This document shows positions 23,201-38,200 of a stretch of DNA of 64,000 nt, piece by piece. The notes beneath the pieces were generated by a model. That model made no database searches. It was not told the origin of the DNA and saw nothing but the letters and a program-made list of their open reading frames with translations. How positions within the stretch are numbered: the first letter of the stretch is position 1; each line of letters starts with the position of its first letter. Position numbers and translations under genes: made by a program. Source of the stretch: Macrostomum hystrix (lineage: Eukaryota > Animalia > Platyhelminthes); the NCBI GenBank assembly GCA_950097015.1, contig CATNEN010000039.1:13268001-13332000 (forward strand), in the 5' to 3' direction.

Positions 23201-26200
23201 TCTAACAGGTGATCAGTGTCTAACAGATGATCAATGTCTAACAGGTGATTAATGTCTAACAGGTGATCAGTATCTAAAAGGTGATCAGTGTCTAACAGAT
23301 GATCAATGTCTAACAGGTGATCAGTGTCTAACAGGTGATCAGTGTCTAACAATTGTGATCAGTGTCTAACAGGTGATCGATCAGTGACTAACAGGTGATC
23401 AGTGTCTAACAGGTGATCAGTGTCTAACAGGTGATCAGTGTCTATAAGTTCTAATAGTTCTATAGTGTCACCTGTCAAACAGATGATCAATGTCTAACAG
23501 GTGATCAGTGTCTAACAGGTGATCAGTGTCTAACAGGTGATCAGTGTCTAACAGGTGATCAATGTCTAACAGGTGATCTATATCTAACAGGTGATCAGTG
23601 TCTAACAGGTGATCAATGTCTAACCGGTGATCTATATCTAACAGGTGAACAGTGTCTAACAAGTGATCAGTGTCTAACAGGTGATCAATATCTAACAGGT
23701 GATTAGTGCCTAACAGGTGATCAATGTCTAATAGGTGATCAGTGTCTAACTGGTGATCAGTGTCTAACAGGTGATCAATATCTAACAGGTGATCAGCGTC
23801 TAACAGGTGATCAGTGTCTAACAGGTGATCAGTGTCTAACAGGTGATCAGTGTCTAACAGGTGATCAATGTCTAACAGGTTATCAGTGTCTAACAGGTGA
23901 TCAGTGTCTAACAGGTGATCAGTGTCTAACAGGTTATCAGTGTCTAACAGGTGATCAATATCTAACAGGTGATCAGCGTCTAACAGGTGATCAGTGTCTA
24001 ACAGGTGATCAGTGTCTAACAGGTGATCAGTGTCTAACAGGTGATCAGTGTCTAACAGGTGATCAGTGTCTAAAAGGTGATCAGTGTCTTACAGGTGATC
24101 GATCAGTGTCTAACAGGTGATCATTGTCTAACAGATGATCAGTGTCTAACAGGTGATCAATGTCTAACAGGTGATCAGAGTCTAACAGGTGATCAATGTC
24201 AAATACTTTGCGTCTGTCTAACAGGTGATCAGTGTCTAACAGGTGATCAGTGTCTAACAGGTGATCAGTGTCTAACAGGTGATCAGTGTCTAACAGGTGA
24301 TCATTGTCTAACAGGTGATCAGTGTCTAACAGATGATCAATGTCTAACAGGTGATCAGTGTCTAACAGGTGATCAGTTTCTAACAGGTCATCAGTGTCTA
24401 ACAGGTGATCAGTGTCTAACAGATGATCAATATCTAACAGGTGATCAGTGTCTAACAGATGATCAGTGTCTAACAGGTGATTAGTGTCTAACAGGTGATT
24501 AGTGTCTAACAGATGATCAATGTCTAACAGGTGATCAGTGTCTAACAGATGATCAATGTCTAACAGGTGATTAATGTCTAACAGGTGATCAGTATCTAAA
24601 AGGTGATCAGTGTCTAACAGGTTATTAATGTCTAACAGGTGATCAGTGTCTAACAGATGATCAATGTCTAACAGGTGATCAGTGTCTAACAGGTGATCAG
24701 TGTCTAACAATTGTGATCAGTGTCTAACAGGTGATCGATCAGTGACTAACAGGTGATCAGTGTCTAACAGGTGATCAGTGTCTAACAGGTGATCAGTGTC
24801 TATAAGTTCTAATAGTTCTATAGTGTCACCTGTCAAACAGATGATCAATGTCTAACAGGTGATCAGTGTCTAACAGGTGATCAGTGTCTAACAGGTGATC
24901 AGTGTCTAACAGGTGATCAGTGTCTAACAGGTGATCAATGTCTAACAGGTGATCTATATCTAACAGGTGATCAGTGTCTAACAGGTGATCAATGTCTAAC
25001 AGGTGATCTATATCTAACAGGTGATCAGTGTCTAACAAGTGATCAGTGTCTAACAGGTGATCAATATCTAACAGGTGATTAGTGCCTAACAGGTGATCAG
25101 TGTCTAACAAGTGATCAGTGTCTAACAAGTGATCAGTGTCTAACAGGTGATCAGTGTCTAACAGGTGATCAGTGTCTAACAGGTGATCAGTGTCTAACAG
25201 GTGATCAGTGTCTAACAGGTGATCAGTGTCTAAAAGGTGATCAGTGTCTTACAGGTGATCGATCAGTGTCTAACAGGTGATCATTGTCTAACAGGTGATC
25301 AGTGTCTAACAGGTGATCAATGTCTAACAGGTGATCAGAGTCTAACAGGTGATCAATGTCAAATACGTTGCGTCTGTCTAACAGGTGATCAGTGCCTAAC
25401 AGGTGATCAGTGTCTAACAGGTGATCAGTGTCTAACAGGTGATCAGTGTCTAACAGGTGATCATTGTCTAACAGGTGATCAGTGTCTAACAGATGATCAA
25501 TGTCTAACAGGTGATCAGTGTCTAACAGGTGATCAGTTTCTAACAGGTCATCAGTGTCTAACAGGTGATCAATGTCTAACAGATGATCAATATCTAACAG
25601 GTGATCAGTGTCTAACAGATGATCAGTGTCTAACAGGTGATTAGTGTCTAACAGGTGATCAGTGTCTAACAGGTGATCAGTGTCTAACAAGTGATCAGTG
25701 TCTAACAGGTGATCAGTGTCTAACAGGTGATCAATATCTAACAGGTGATCAGTGTCTAACAGGTGATCAGTGCCTAACAGGTGATCAGTGTCTAACAAGT
25801 GATCAGTGTCTAACAGGTGATCAGTGTCTAACAAGTGATCAGTGTCTAACAGGTGATCAGTGTCTAACAGGTGATCAATATCTAACAGGTGATCAGCGTC
25901 TAACAGGTGATCAGTGTCTAACAGGTGATCAATGTCTAACAGGTGATCAGTGTCTAACAGGTGATCAGTGTCTAACAGGTGATCAGTGTCTAACAGGTGA
26001 TCAGTGTCTAACAGGTGATCAGTGTCTAACAGGTGATCAGTGTCTAACAGGTGATCAGTGTCTTACAGGTGATCAGTGTCTTACAGGTGATCGATCAGTG
26101 TCTAACAGGTGATCATTGTCTAACAGGTGATCAGTGTCTAACAGGTGATCAATGTCTAACAGGTGATCAGAGTCTAACAGGTGATCAATGTCAAATACTT

Positions 26201-29200
26201 TGCGTCTGTCTAACAGGTGATCAGTGTCTAACAGGTGATCAGTGTCTAACAGGTGATCAGTGTCTAACAGGTGATCAGTGTCTAACAGGTGATCATTGTC
26301 TAACAGGTGATCAGTGTCTAACAGATGATCAGTGTCTAACAGGTGATTAGTGTCTAACAGGTGATTAGTGTCTAACAGATGATCAATGTCTAACAGGTGA
26401 TCAGTGTCTAACAGATGATCAATGTCTAACAGGTGATTAATGTCTAACAGGTGATCAGTATCTAAAAGGTGATCAGTGTCTAACAGGTAATTAATGTCTA
26501 ACAGGTGATCAGTGTCTAACAGATGATCAATGTCTAACAGGTGATCAGTGTCTAACAGGTGATCAGTGTCTAACAATTGTGATCAGTGTCTAACAGGTGA
26601 TCGATCAGTGACTAACAGGTGATCAGTGTCTAACAGGTGATCAGTGTCTAACAGGTGATCAGTGTCTATAAGTTCTAATAGTTCTATAGTGTCACCTGTC
26701 AAACAGATGATCAATGTCTAACAGGTGATCAGTGTCTAACAGGTGATCAGTGTCTAACAGGTGATCAGTGTCTAACAGGTGATCAATGTCTAACAGGTGA
26801 TCTATATCTAACAGGTGATCAGTGTCTAACAGGTGATCAATGTCTAACAGGTGATCTATATCTAACAGGTGATCAGTGTCTAACAAGTGATCAGTGTCTA
26901 ACAGGTGATCAATATCTAACAGGTGATTAGTGCCTAACAGGTGATCAGTGTCTAACAAGTGATCAGTGTCTAACAAGTGATCAGTGTCTAACAGGTGATC
27001 AGTGTCTAACAGGTGATCAGTGTCTAACAGGTGATCAGTGTCTAACAGGTGATCAGTGTCTAACAGGTGATCAGTGTCTAAAAGGTGATCAGTGTCTTAC
27101 AGGTGATCGATCAGTGTCTAACAGGTGATCATTGTCTAACAGGTGATCAGTGTCTAACAGGTGATCAATGTCTAACAGGTGATCAGAGTCTAACAGGTGA
27201 TCAATGTCAAATACGTTGCGTCTGTCTAACAGGTGATCAGTGCCTAACAGGTGATCAGTGTCTAACAGGTGATCAGTGTCTAACAGGTGATCAGTGTCTA
27301 ACAGGTGATCATTGTCTAACAGGTGATCAGTGTCTAACAGATGATCAATGTCTAACAGGTGATCAGTGTCTAACAGGTGATCAGTTTCTAACAGGTCATC
27401 AGTGTCTAACAGGTGATCAATGTCTAACAGATGATCAATATCTAACAGGTGATCAGTGTCTAACAGATGATCAGTGTCTAACAGGTGATTAGTGTCTAAC
27501 AGGTGATCAGTGTCTAACAGGTGATCAGTGTCTAACAAGTGATCAGTGTCTAACAGGTGATCAGTGTCTAACAGGTGATCAATATCTAACAGGTGATCAG
27601 CGTCTAACAGGTGATCAGTGCCTAACAGGTGATCAGTGTCTAACAAGTGATCAGTGTCTAACAGGTGATCAGTGTCTAACAAGTGATCAGTGTCTAACAG
27701 GTGATCAGTGTCTAACAAGTGATCAGTGTCTAACAGGTGATCAGTGTCTAACAGGTGATCAATATCTAACAGGTGATCAGCGTCTAACAGGTGATCAGTG
27801 CCTAACAGGTGATCAGTGTCTAACAGGTGATCAATGTCTAACAGGTGATCAGTGTCTAACAGGTGATCAGTGTCTAACAGGTGATCAGTGTCTAACAGGT
27901 GATCAGTGTCTAACAGGTGATCAGTGTCTAACAGGTGATCAGTGTCTAACAGGTGATCAGTGTCTAAAAGGTGATCAGTGTCTTACAGGTGATCGATCAG
28001 TGTCTAACAGGTGATCATTGTCTAACAGGTGATCAGTGTCTAACAGGTGATCAATGTCTAACAGGTGATCTATATCTAACAGGTGATCAGTGTCTAACAG
28101 GTGATCAATGTCTAACAGGTGATCAGTGTCTAACAGGTGATCAGTGTCTAAAAGGTGATCAGTGTCTTACAGCTGATCGATCAGTGTCTAACAGGTGATC
28201 ATTGTCTAACAGGTGATCAGTTTCTAACAGGTGATCAATGTCAAACAGGTGATCTATATCTAACAGGTGATCAGTGTCTAACAGGTGATCAGTGCCTAAC
28301 AGGTGATCAGTGTCTAACAAGTGATCAGTGTCTAACAGGTGATCAGTGTCTAACAAGTGATCAGTGTCTAACAGGTGATCAGTGTCTAACAGGTGATCAG
28401 TGCCTAACAGGTGATCAGTGTCTAACAGGTGATCAGTGTCTAACAGGTGATCATTGTCTAACAGGTGATCAGTGTCTAACAGATGATCAGTGTCTAACAG
28501 GTGATTAGTGTCTAACAGGTGATTAGTGTCTAACAGATGATCAATGTCTAACAGGTGATCAGTGTCTAACAGATGATCAATGTCTAACAGGTGATTAATG
28601 TCTAACAGGTGATCAGTATCTAAAAGGTGATCAGTGTCTAACAGGTAATTAATGTCTAACAGGTGATCAGTGTCTAACAGATGATCAATGTCTAACAGGT
28701 GATCAGTGTCTAACAGGTGATCAGTGTCTAACAATTGTGATCAGTGTCTAACAGGTGATCGATCAGTGACTAACAGGTGATCAGTGTCTAACAGGTGATC
28801 AGTGTCTAACAGGTGATCAGTGTCTATAAGTTCTAATAGTTCTATAGTGTCACCTGTCAAACAGATGATCAATGTCTAACAGGTGATCAGTGTCTAACAG
28901 GTGATCAGTGTCTAACAGGTGATCAGTGTCTAACAGGTGATCAATGTCTAACAGGTGATCTATATCTAACAGGTGATCAGTGTCTAACAGGTGATCAATG
29001 TCTAACAGGTGATCTATATCTAACAGGTGATCAGTGTCTAACAAGTGATCAGTGTCTAACAGGTGATCAATATCTAACAGGTGATTAGTGCCTAACAGGT
29101 GATCAGTGTCTAACAAGTGATCAGTGTCTAACAAGTGATCAGTGTCTAACAGGTGATCAGTGTCTAACAGGTGATCAGTGTCTAACAGGTGATCAGTGTC

Positions 29201-32200
29201 TAACAGGTGATCAGTGTCTAACAGGTGATCAGTGTCTAAAAGGTGATCAGTGTCTTACAGGTGATCGATCAGTGTCTAACAGGTGATCATTGTCTAACAG
29301 GTGATCAGTGTCTAACAGGTGATCAATGTCTAACAGGTGATCAGAGTCTAACAGGTGATCAATGTCAAATACGTTGCGTCTGTCTAACAGGTGATCAGTG
29401 CCTAACAGGTGATCAGTGTCTAACAGGTGATCAGTGTCTAACAGGTGATCAGTGTCTAACAGGTGATCATTGTCTAACAGGTGATCAGTGTCTAACAGAT
29501 GATCAATGTCTAACAGGTGATCAGTGTCTAACAGGTGATCAGTTTCTAACAGGTCATCAGTGTCTAACAGGTGATCAATGTCTAACAGATGATCAATATC
29601 TAACAGGTGATCAGTGTCTAACAGATGATCAGTGTCTAACAGGTGATTAGTGTCTAACAGGTGATCAGTGTCTAACAGGTGATCAGTGTCTAACAAGTGA
29701 TCAGTGTCTAACAGGTGATCAGTGTCTAACAGGTGATCAATATCTAACAGGTGATCAGCGTCTAACAGGTGATCAGTGCCTAACAGGTGATCAGTGTCTA
29801 ACAAGTGATCAGTGTCTAACAGGTGATCAGTGTCTAACAAGTGATCAGTGTCTAACAGGTGATCAGTGTCTAACAAGTGATCAGTGTCTAACAGGTGATC
29901 AGTGTCTAACAGGTGATCAATATCTAACAGGTGATCAGCGTCTAACAGGTGATCAGTGCCTAACAGGTGATCAGTGTCTAACAGGTGATCAATGTCTAAC
30001 AGGTGATCAGTGTCTAACAGGTGATCAGTGTCTAACAGGTGATCAGTGTCTAACAGGTGATCAGTGTCTAACAGGTGATCAGTGTCTAACAGGTGATCAG
30101 TGTCTAACAGGTGATCAGTGTCTAAAAGGTGATCAGTGTCTTACAGGTGATCGATCAGTGTCTAACAGGTGATCATTGTCTAACAGGTGATCAGTGTCTA
30201 ACAGGTGATCAATGTCTAACAGGTGATCTATATCTAACAGGTGATCAGTGTCTAACAGGTGATCAATGTCTAACAGGTGATCAGTGTCTAACAGGTGATC
30301 AGTGTCTAAAAGGTGATCAGTGTCTTACAGCTGATCGATCAGTGTCTAACAGGTGATCATTGTCTAACAGGTGATCAGTTTCTAACAGGTGATCAATGTC
30401 AAACAGGTGATCTATATCTAACAGGTGATCAGTGTCTAACAGGTGATCAGTGCCTAACAGGTGATCAGTGTCTAACAAGTGATCAGTGTCTAACAGGTGA
30501 TCAGTGTCTAACAAGTGATCAGTGTCTAACAGGTGATCAGTGTCTAACAGGTGATCAGTGCCTAACAGGTGATCAGTGTCTAACAGGTGATCAATATCTA
30601 ACAGGTGATCAGTGTCTAACAGGTGATCAGTGCCTAACAGGTGATCAGTGTCTAACAGGTGATCAATGTCTAACAGGTGATCAGTGTCTAACAGGTGATC
30701 AGTGTCTAACAGGTGATCAGTGTCTAACAGGTGATCAGTGTCTAACCGGTGATCAGTGTCTAACAGGTGATCATTGTCTAACAGGTGATCAGTGTCTAAC
30801 AGATGATCAATGTCTAACAGGTGATCAGTGTCTAACAGGTGATCAGTTTCTAACAGGTCATCAGTGTCTAACAGGTGATCAGTGTCTAACAGATGATCAA
30901 TATCTAACAGGTGATCAGTGTCTAACAGATGATCAGTGTCTAACAGGTGATTAGTGTCTAACAGGTGATTAGTGTCTAACAGGTGATCAATGTCTAACAG
31001 GTGATCAGTGTCTAACAGATGATCAATGTCTAACAGGTGATTAATGTCTAACAGGTGATCAGTATCTAAAAGGTGATCAGTGTCTAACAGATGATCAATG
31101 TCTAACAGGTGATCAGTGTCTAACAGGTGATCAGTGTCTAACAATTGTGATCAGTGTCTAACAGGTGATCGATCAGTGACTAACAGGTGATCAGTGTCTA
31201 ACAGGTGATCAGTGTCTAACAGGTGATCAGTGTCTATAAGTTCTAATAGTTCTATAGTGTCACCTGTCAAACAGATGATCAATGTCTAACAGGTGATCAG
31301 TGTCTAACAGGTGATCAGTGTCTAACAGGTGATCAGTGTCTAACAGGTGATCAATGTCTAACAGGTGATCTATATCTAACAGGTGATCAGTGTCTAACAG
31401 GTGATCAATGTCTAACCGGTGATCTATATCTAACAGGTGAACAGTGTCTAACAAGTGATCAGTGTCTAACAGGTGATCAATATCTAACAGGTGATTAGTG
31501 CCTAACAGGTGATCAATGTCTAATAGGTGATCAGTGTCTAACTGGTGATCAGTGTCTAACAGGTGATCAATGTCTAACAGGTGACCTATATCTAACAGGT
31601 GATCAGTGTCTAACAGGTGATCAATGTCTAACAGGTGATCTATATCTAACAGGTGATCAGTGTCTAACAAGTGATTAGTGTCTAACAGGTGATCAATATC
31701 TAACAGGTGATCAGTGTCTAACAGGTGATCAATGTCTAACACGTTGCGTTTGTCTAACAGGTGATCAGTGTCTAACAGGTGATCAATGTCTAACACGTTG
31801 CGTCTGTCTAACAGGTGATCAGTGTCTAACACGTTGCGTCTGTCTAACAGGTGATCAGTGCCTTACACGTTGTGTCTGTCTAACAGGTGATCAGTGTCTA
31901 ACACGTTGCGTCTGTCTAACAGGTGATCAGTGCCTTACACGTTGTGTCTGTCTAACAGGTGATCAGTGTCTAACACGTTGCGTCTGTCTAACAGGTGATC
32001 AGTGTCTAACAGGTAATCAGTGTCTAACAGGTGATCAGTGTCTAACATGTGATCAATGTCTTACAGGTGATCAATGTCTAAAAGGTGATCAATGTCTAAC
32101 AGGTAATCATTGTCTAAGGGGTGATCAATATATCCAGCAGGTCATTAATGTCTAACAGGTGATCAGTGTCTAACAGGTGATCAGTGTCTAACAGGTCATC

Positions 32201-35200
32201 AGTGTCTAACAGTTGATCAGTGTCTAACAGATGATCAATGTCTAACAGGTGATTAATGTCTAACAGGTGATCAGTATCTAAAAGGTGATCAGTGTCTAAC
32301 AGGTAATTAATGTCTAACAGGTGATCAGTGTCTAACAGATGATCAATGTCTAACAGGTGATCAGTGTCTAACAGGTGATCAGTGTCTAACAATTGTGATC
32401 AGTGTCTAACAGGTGATCGATCAGTGACTAACAGGTGATCAGTGTCTAACAGGTGATCAGTGTCTAACAGGTGATCAGTGTCTATAAGTTCTAATAGTTC
32501 TATAGTGTCACCTGTCAAACAGATGATCAATGTCTAACAGGTGATCAGTGTCTAACAGGTGATCAGTGTCTAACAGGTGATCAGTGTCTAACAGGTGATC
32601 AATGTCTAACAGGTGATCTATATCTAACAGGTGATCAGTGTCTAACAGGTGATCAATGTCTAACAGGTGATCTATATCTAACAGGTGATCAGTGTCTAAC
32701 AAGTGATCAGTGTCTAACAGGTGATCAATATCTAACAGGTGATTAGTGCCTAACAGGTGATCAGTGTCTAACAAGTGATCAGTGTCTAACAAGTGATCAG
32801 TGTCTAACAGGTGATCAGTGTCTAACAGGTGATCAGTGTCTAACAGGTGATCAGTGTCTAACAGGTGATCAGTGTCTAACAGGTGATCAGTGTCTAAAAG
32901 GTGATCAGTGTCTTACAGGTGATCGATCAGTGTCTAACAGGTGATCATTGTCTAACAGGTGATCAGTGTCTAACAGGTGATCAATGTCTAACAGGTGATC
33001 AGAGTCTAACAGGTGATCAATGTCAAATACGTTGCGTCTGTCTAACAGGTGATCAGTGCCTAACAGGTGATCAGTGTCTAACAGGTGATCAGTGTCTAAC
33101 AGGTGATCAGTGTCTAACAGGTGATCATTTTCTAACAGGTGATCAGTGTCTAACAGATGATCAATGTCTAGCAGGTGATCAGTGTCTAACAGGTGATCAG
33201 TTTCTAACAGGTCATCAGTGTCTAACAGGTGATCAATGTCTAACAGATGATCAATATCTAACAGGTGATCAGTGTCTAACAGATGATCAGTGTCTAACAG
33301 GTGATTAGTGTCTAACAGGTGATCAGTGTCTAACAGGTGATCAGTGTCTAACAAGTGATCAGTGTCTAACAGGTGATCAGTGTCTAACAGGTGATCAATA
33401 TCTAACAGGTGATCAGCGTCTAACAGGTGATCAGTGCCTAACAGGTGATCAGTGTCTAACAAGTGATCAGTGTCTAACAGGTGATCAGTGTCTAACAAGT
33501 GATCAGTGTCTAACAGGTGATCAGTGTCTAACAGGTGATCAATATCTAACAGGTGATCAGCGTCTAACAGGTGATCAGTGCCTAACAGGTGATCAGTGTC
33601 TAACAGGTGATCAATGTCTAACAGGTGATCAGTGTCTAACAGGTGATCAGTGTCTAACAGGTGATCAGTGTCTAACAGGTGATCAGTGTCTAACAGGTGA
33701 TCAGTGTCTAACAGGTGATCAGTGTCTAACAGGTGATCAGTGTCTAACAGGTGATCAGTGTCTAACAGGTGATCAGTGTCTAAAAGGTGATCAGTGTCTT
33801 ACAGGTGATCGATCAGTGTCTAACAGGTGATCATTGTCTAACAGGTGATCAGTGTCTAACAGGTGATCAATGTCTAACAGGTGATCAGAGTCTAACAGGT
33901 GATCAATGTCAAATACGTTGCGTCTGTCTAACAGGTGATCAGTGCCTAACAGGTGATCAGTGTCTAACAGGTGATCAGTGTCTAACAGGTGATCAGTGTC
34001 TAACAGGTGATCATTGTCTAACAGGTGATCAGTGTCTAACAGATGATCAATGTCTAACAGGTGATCAGTGTCTAACAGGTGATCAGTTTCTAACAGGTCA
34101 TCAGTGTCTAACAGGTGATCAATGTCTAACAGATGATCAATATCTAACAGGTGATCAGTGTCTAACAGATGATCAGTGTCTAACAGGTGATTAGTGTCTA
34201 ACAGGTGATCAGTGTCTAACAGGTGATCAGTGTCTAACAAGTGATCAGTGTCTAACAGGTGATCAGTGTCTAACAGGTGATCAATATCTAACAGGTGATC
34301 AGTGTCTAACAGGTGATCAGTGCCTAACAGGTGATCAGTGTCTAACAAGTGATCAGTGTCTAACAGGTGATCAGTGTCTAACAAGTGATCAGTGTCTAAC
34401 AGGTGATCAGTGTCTAACAGGTGATCAATATCTAACAGGTGATCAGCGTCTAACAGGTGATCAGTGTCTAACAGGTGATCAATGTCTAACAGGTGATCAG
34501 TGTCTAACAGGTGATCAGTGTCTAACAGGTGATCAGTGTCTAACAGGTGATCAGTGTCTAACAGGTGATCAGTGTCTAACAGGTGATCAGTGTCTAACAG
34601 GTGATCAGTGTCTTACAGGTGATCAGTGTCTTACAGGTGATCGATCAGTGTCTAACAGGTGATCATTGTCTAACAGGTGATCAGTGTCTAACAGGTGATC
34701 AATGTCTAACAGGTGATCAGAGTCTAACAGGTGATCAATGTCAAATACTTTGCGTCTGTCTAACAGGTGATCAGTGTCTAACAGGTGATCAGTGTCTAAC
34801 AGGTGATCAGTGTCTAACAGGTGATCAGTGTCTAACAGGTGATCATTGTCTAACAGGTGATCAGTGTCTAACAGATGATCAGTGTCTAACAGGTGATTAG
34901 TGTCTAACAGGTGATTAGTGTCTAACAGATGATCAATGTCTAACAGGTGATCAGTGTCTAACAGATGATCAATGTCTAACAGGTGATTAATGTCTAACAG
35001 GTGATCAGTATCTAAAAGGTGATCAGTGTCTAACAGGTAATTAATGTCTAACAGGTGATCAGTGTCTAACAGATGATCAATGTCTAACAGGTGATCAGTG
35101 TCTAACAGGTGATCAGTGTCTAACAATTGTGATCAGTGTCTAACAGGTGATCGATCAGTGACTAACAGGTGATCAGTGTCTAACAGGTGATCAGTGTCTA

Positions 35201-38200
35201 ACAGGTGATCAGTGTCTATAAGTTCTAATAGTTCTATAGTGTCACCTGTCAAACAGATGATCAATGTCTAACAGGTGATCAGTGTCTAACAGGTGATCAG
35301 TGTCTAACAGGTGATCAGTGTCTAACAGGTGATCAATGTCTAACAGGTGATCTATATCTAACAGGTGATCAGTGTCTAACAGGTGATCAATGTCTAACAG
35401 GTGATCTATATCTAACAGGTGATCAGTGTCTAACAAGTGATCAGTGTCTAACAGGTGATCAATATCTAACAGGTGATTAGTGCCTAACAGGTGATCAGTG
35501 TCTAACAAGTGATCAGTGTCTAACAAGTGATCAGTGTCTAACAGGTGATCAGTGTCTAACAGGTGATCAGTGTCTAACAGGTGATCAGTGTCTAACAGGT
35601 GATCAGTGTCTAACAGGTGATCAGTGTCTAAAAGGTGATCAGTGTCTTACAGGTGATCGATCAGTGTCTAACAGGTGATCATTGTCTAACAGGTGATCAG
35701 TGTCTAACAGGTGATCAATGTCTAACAGGTGATCAGAGTCTAACAGGTGATCAATGTCAAATACGTTGCGTCTGTCTAACAGGTGATCAGTGCCTAACAG
35801 GTGATCAGTGTCTAACAGGTGATCAGTGTCTAACAGGTGATCAGTGTCTAACAGGTGATCATTGTCTAACAGGTGATCAGTGTCTAACAGATGATCAATG
35901 TCTAACAGGTGATCAGTGTCTAACAGGTGATCAGTTTCTAACAGGTCATCAGTGTCTAACAGGTGATCAATGTCTAACAGATGATCAATATCTAACAGGT
36001 GATCAGTGTCTAACAGATGATCAGTGTCTAACAGGTGATTAGTGTCTAACAGGTGATCAGTGTCTAACAGGTGATCAGTGTCTAACAAGTGATCAGTGTC
36101 TAACAGGTGATCAGTGTCTAACAGGTGATCAATATCTAACAGGTGATCAGCGTCTAACAGGTGATCAGTGCCTAACAGGTGATCAGTGTCTAACAAGTGA
36201 TCAGTGTCTAACAGGTGATCAGTGTCTAACAAGTGATCAGTGTCTAACAGGTGATCAGTGTCTAACAAGTGATCAGTGTCTAACAGGTGATCAGTGTCTA
36301 ACAGGTGATCAATATCTAACAGGTGATCAGCGTCTAACAGGTGATCAGTGCCTAACAGGTGATCAGTGTCTAACAGGTGATCAATGTCTAACAGGTGATC
36401 AGTGTCTAACAGGTGATCAGTGTCTAACAGGTGATCAGTGTCTAACAGGTGATCAGTGTCTAACAGGTGATCAGTGTCTAACAGGTGATCAGTGTCTAAC
36501 AGGTGATCAGTGTCTAAAAGGTGATCAGTGTCTTACAGGTGATCGATCAGTGTCTAACAGGTGATCATTGTCTAACAGGTGATCAGTGTCTAACAGGTGA
36601 TCAATGTCTAACAGGTGATCTATATCTAACAGGTGATCAGTGTCTAACAGGTGATCAATGTCTAACAGGTGATCAGTGTCTAACAGGTGATCAGTGTCTA
36701 AAAGGTGATCAGTGTCTTACAGCTGATCGATCAGTGTCTAACAGGTGATCATTGTCTAACAGGTGATCAGTTTCTAACAGGTGATCAATGTCAAACAGGT
36801 GATCTATATCTAACAGGTGATCAGTGTCTAACAGGTGATCAGTGCCTAACAGGTGATCAGTGTCTAACAAGTGATCAGTGTCTAACAGGTGATCAGTGTC
36901 TAACAAGTGATCAGTGTCTAACAGGTGATCAGTGTCTAACAGGTGATCAGTGCCTAACAGGTGATCAGTGTCTAACAGGTGATCAGTGTCTAACAGGTGA
37001 TCATTGTCTAACAGGTGATCAGTGTCTAACAGATGATCAGTGTCTAACAGGTGATTAGTGTCTAACAGGTGATTAGTGTCTAACAGATGATCAATGTCTA
37101 ACAGGTGATCAGTGTCTAACAGATGATCAATGTCTAACAGGTGATTAATGTCTAACAGGTGATCAGTATCTAAAAGGTGATCAGTGTCTAACAGGTAATT
37201 AATGTCTAACAGGTGATCAGTGTCTAACAGATGATCAATGTCTAACAGGTGATCAGTGTCTAACAGGTGATCAGTGTCTAACAATTGTGATCAGTGTCTA
37301 ACAGGTGATCGATCAGTGACTAACAGGTGATCAGTGTCTAACAGGTGATCAGTGTCTAACAGGTGATCAGTGTCTATAAGTTCTAATAGTTCTATAGTGT
37401 CACCTGTCAAACAGATGATCAATGTCTAACAGGTGATCAGTGTCTAACAGGTGATCAGTGTCTAACAGGTGATCAGTGTCTAACAGGTGATCAATGTCTA
37501 ACAGGTGATCTATATCTAACAGGTGATCAGTGTCTAACAGGTGATCAATGTCTAACAGGTGATCTATATCTAACAGGTGATCAGTGTCTAACAAGTGATC
37601 AGTGTCTAACAGGTGATCAATATCTAACAGGTGATTAGTGCCTAACAGGTGATCAGTGTCTAACAAGTGATCAGTGTCTAACAAGTGATCAGTGTCTAAC
37701 AGGTGATCAGTGTCTAACAGGTGATCAGTGTCTAACAGGTGATCAGTGTCTAACAGGTGATCAGTGTCTAACAGGTGATCAGTGTCTAAAAGGTGATCAG
37801 TGTCTTACAGGTGATCGATCAGTGTCTAACAGGTGATCATTGTCTAACAGGTGATCAGTGTCTAACAGGTGATCAATGTCTAACAGGTGATCAGAGTCTA
37901 ACAGGTGATCAATGTCAAATACGTTGCGTCTGTCTAACAGGTGATCAGTGCCTAACAGGTGATCAGTGTCTAACAGGTGATCAGTGTCTAACAGGTGATC
38001 AGTGTCTAACAGGTGATCATTGTCTAACAGGTGATCAGTGTCTAACAGATGATCAATGTCTAACAGGTGATCAGTGTCTAACAGGTGATCAGTTTCTAAC
38101 AGGTCATCAGTGTCTAACAGGTGATCAATGTCTAACAGATGATCAATATCTAACAGGTGATCAGTGTCTAACAGATGATCAGTGTCTAACAGGTGATTAG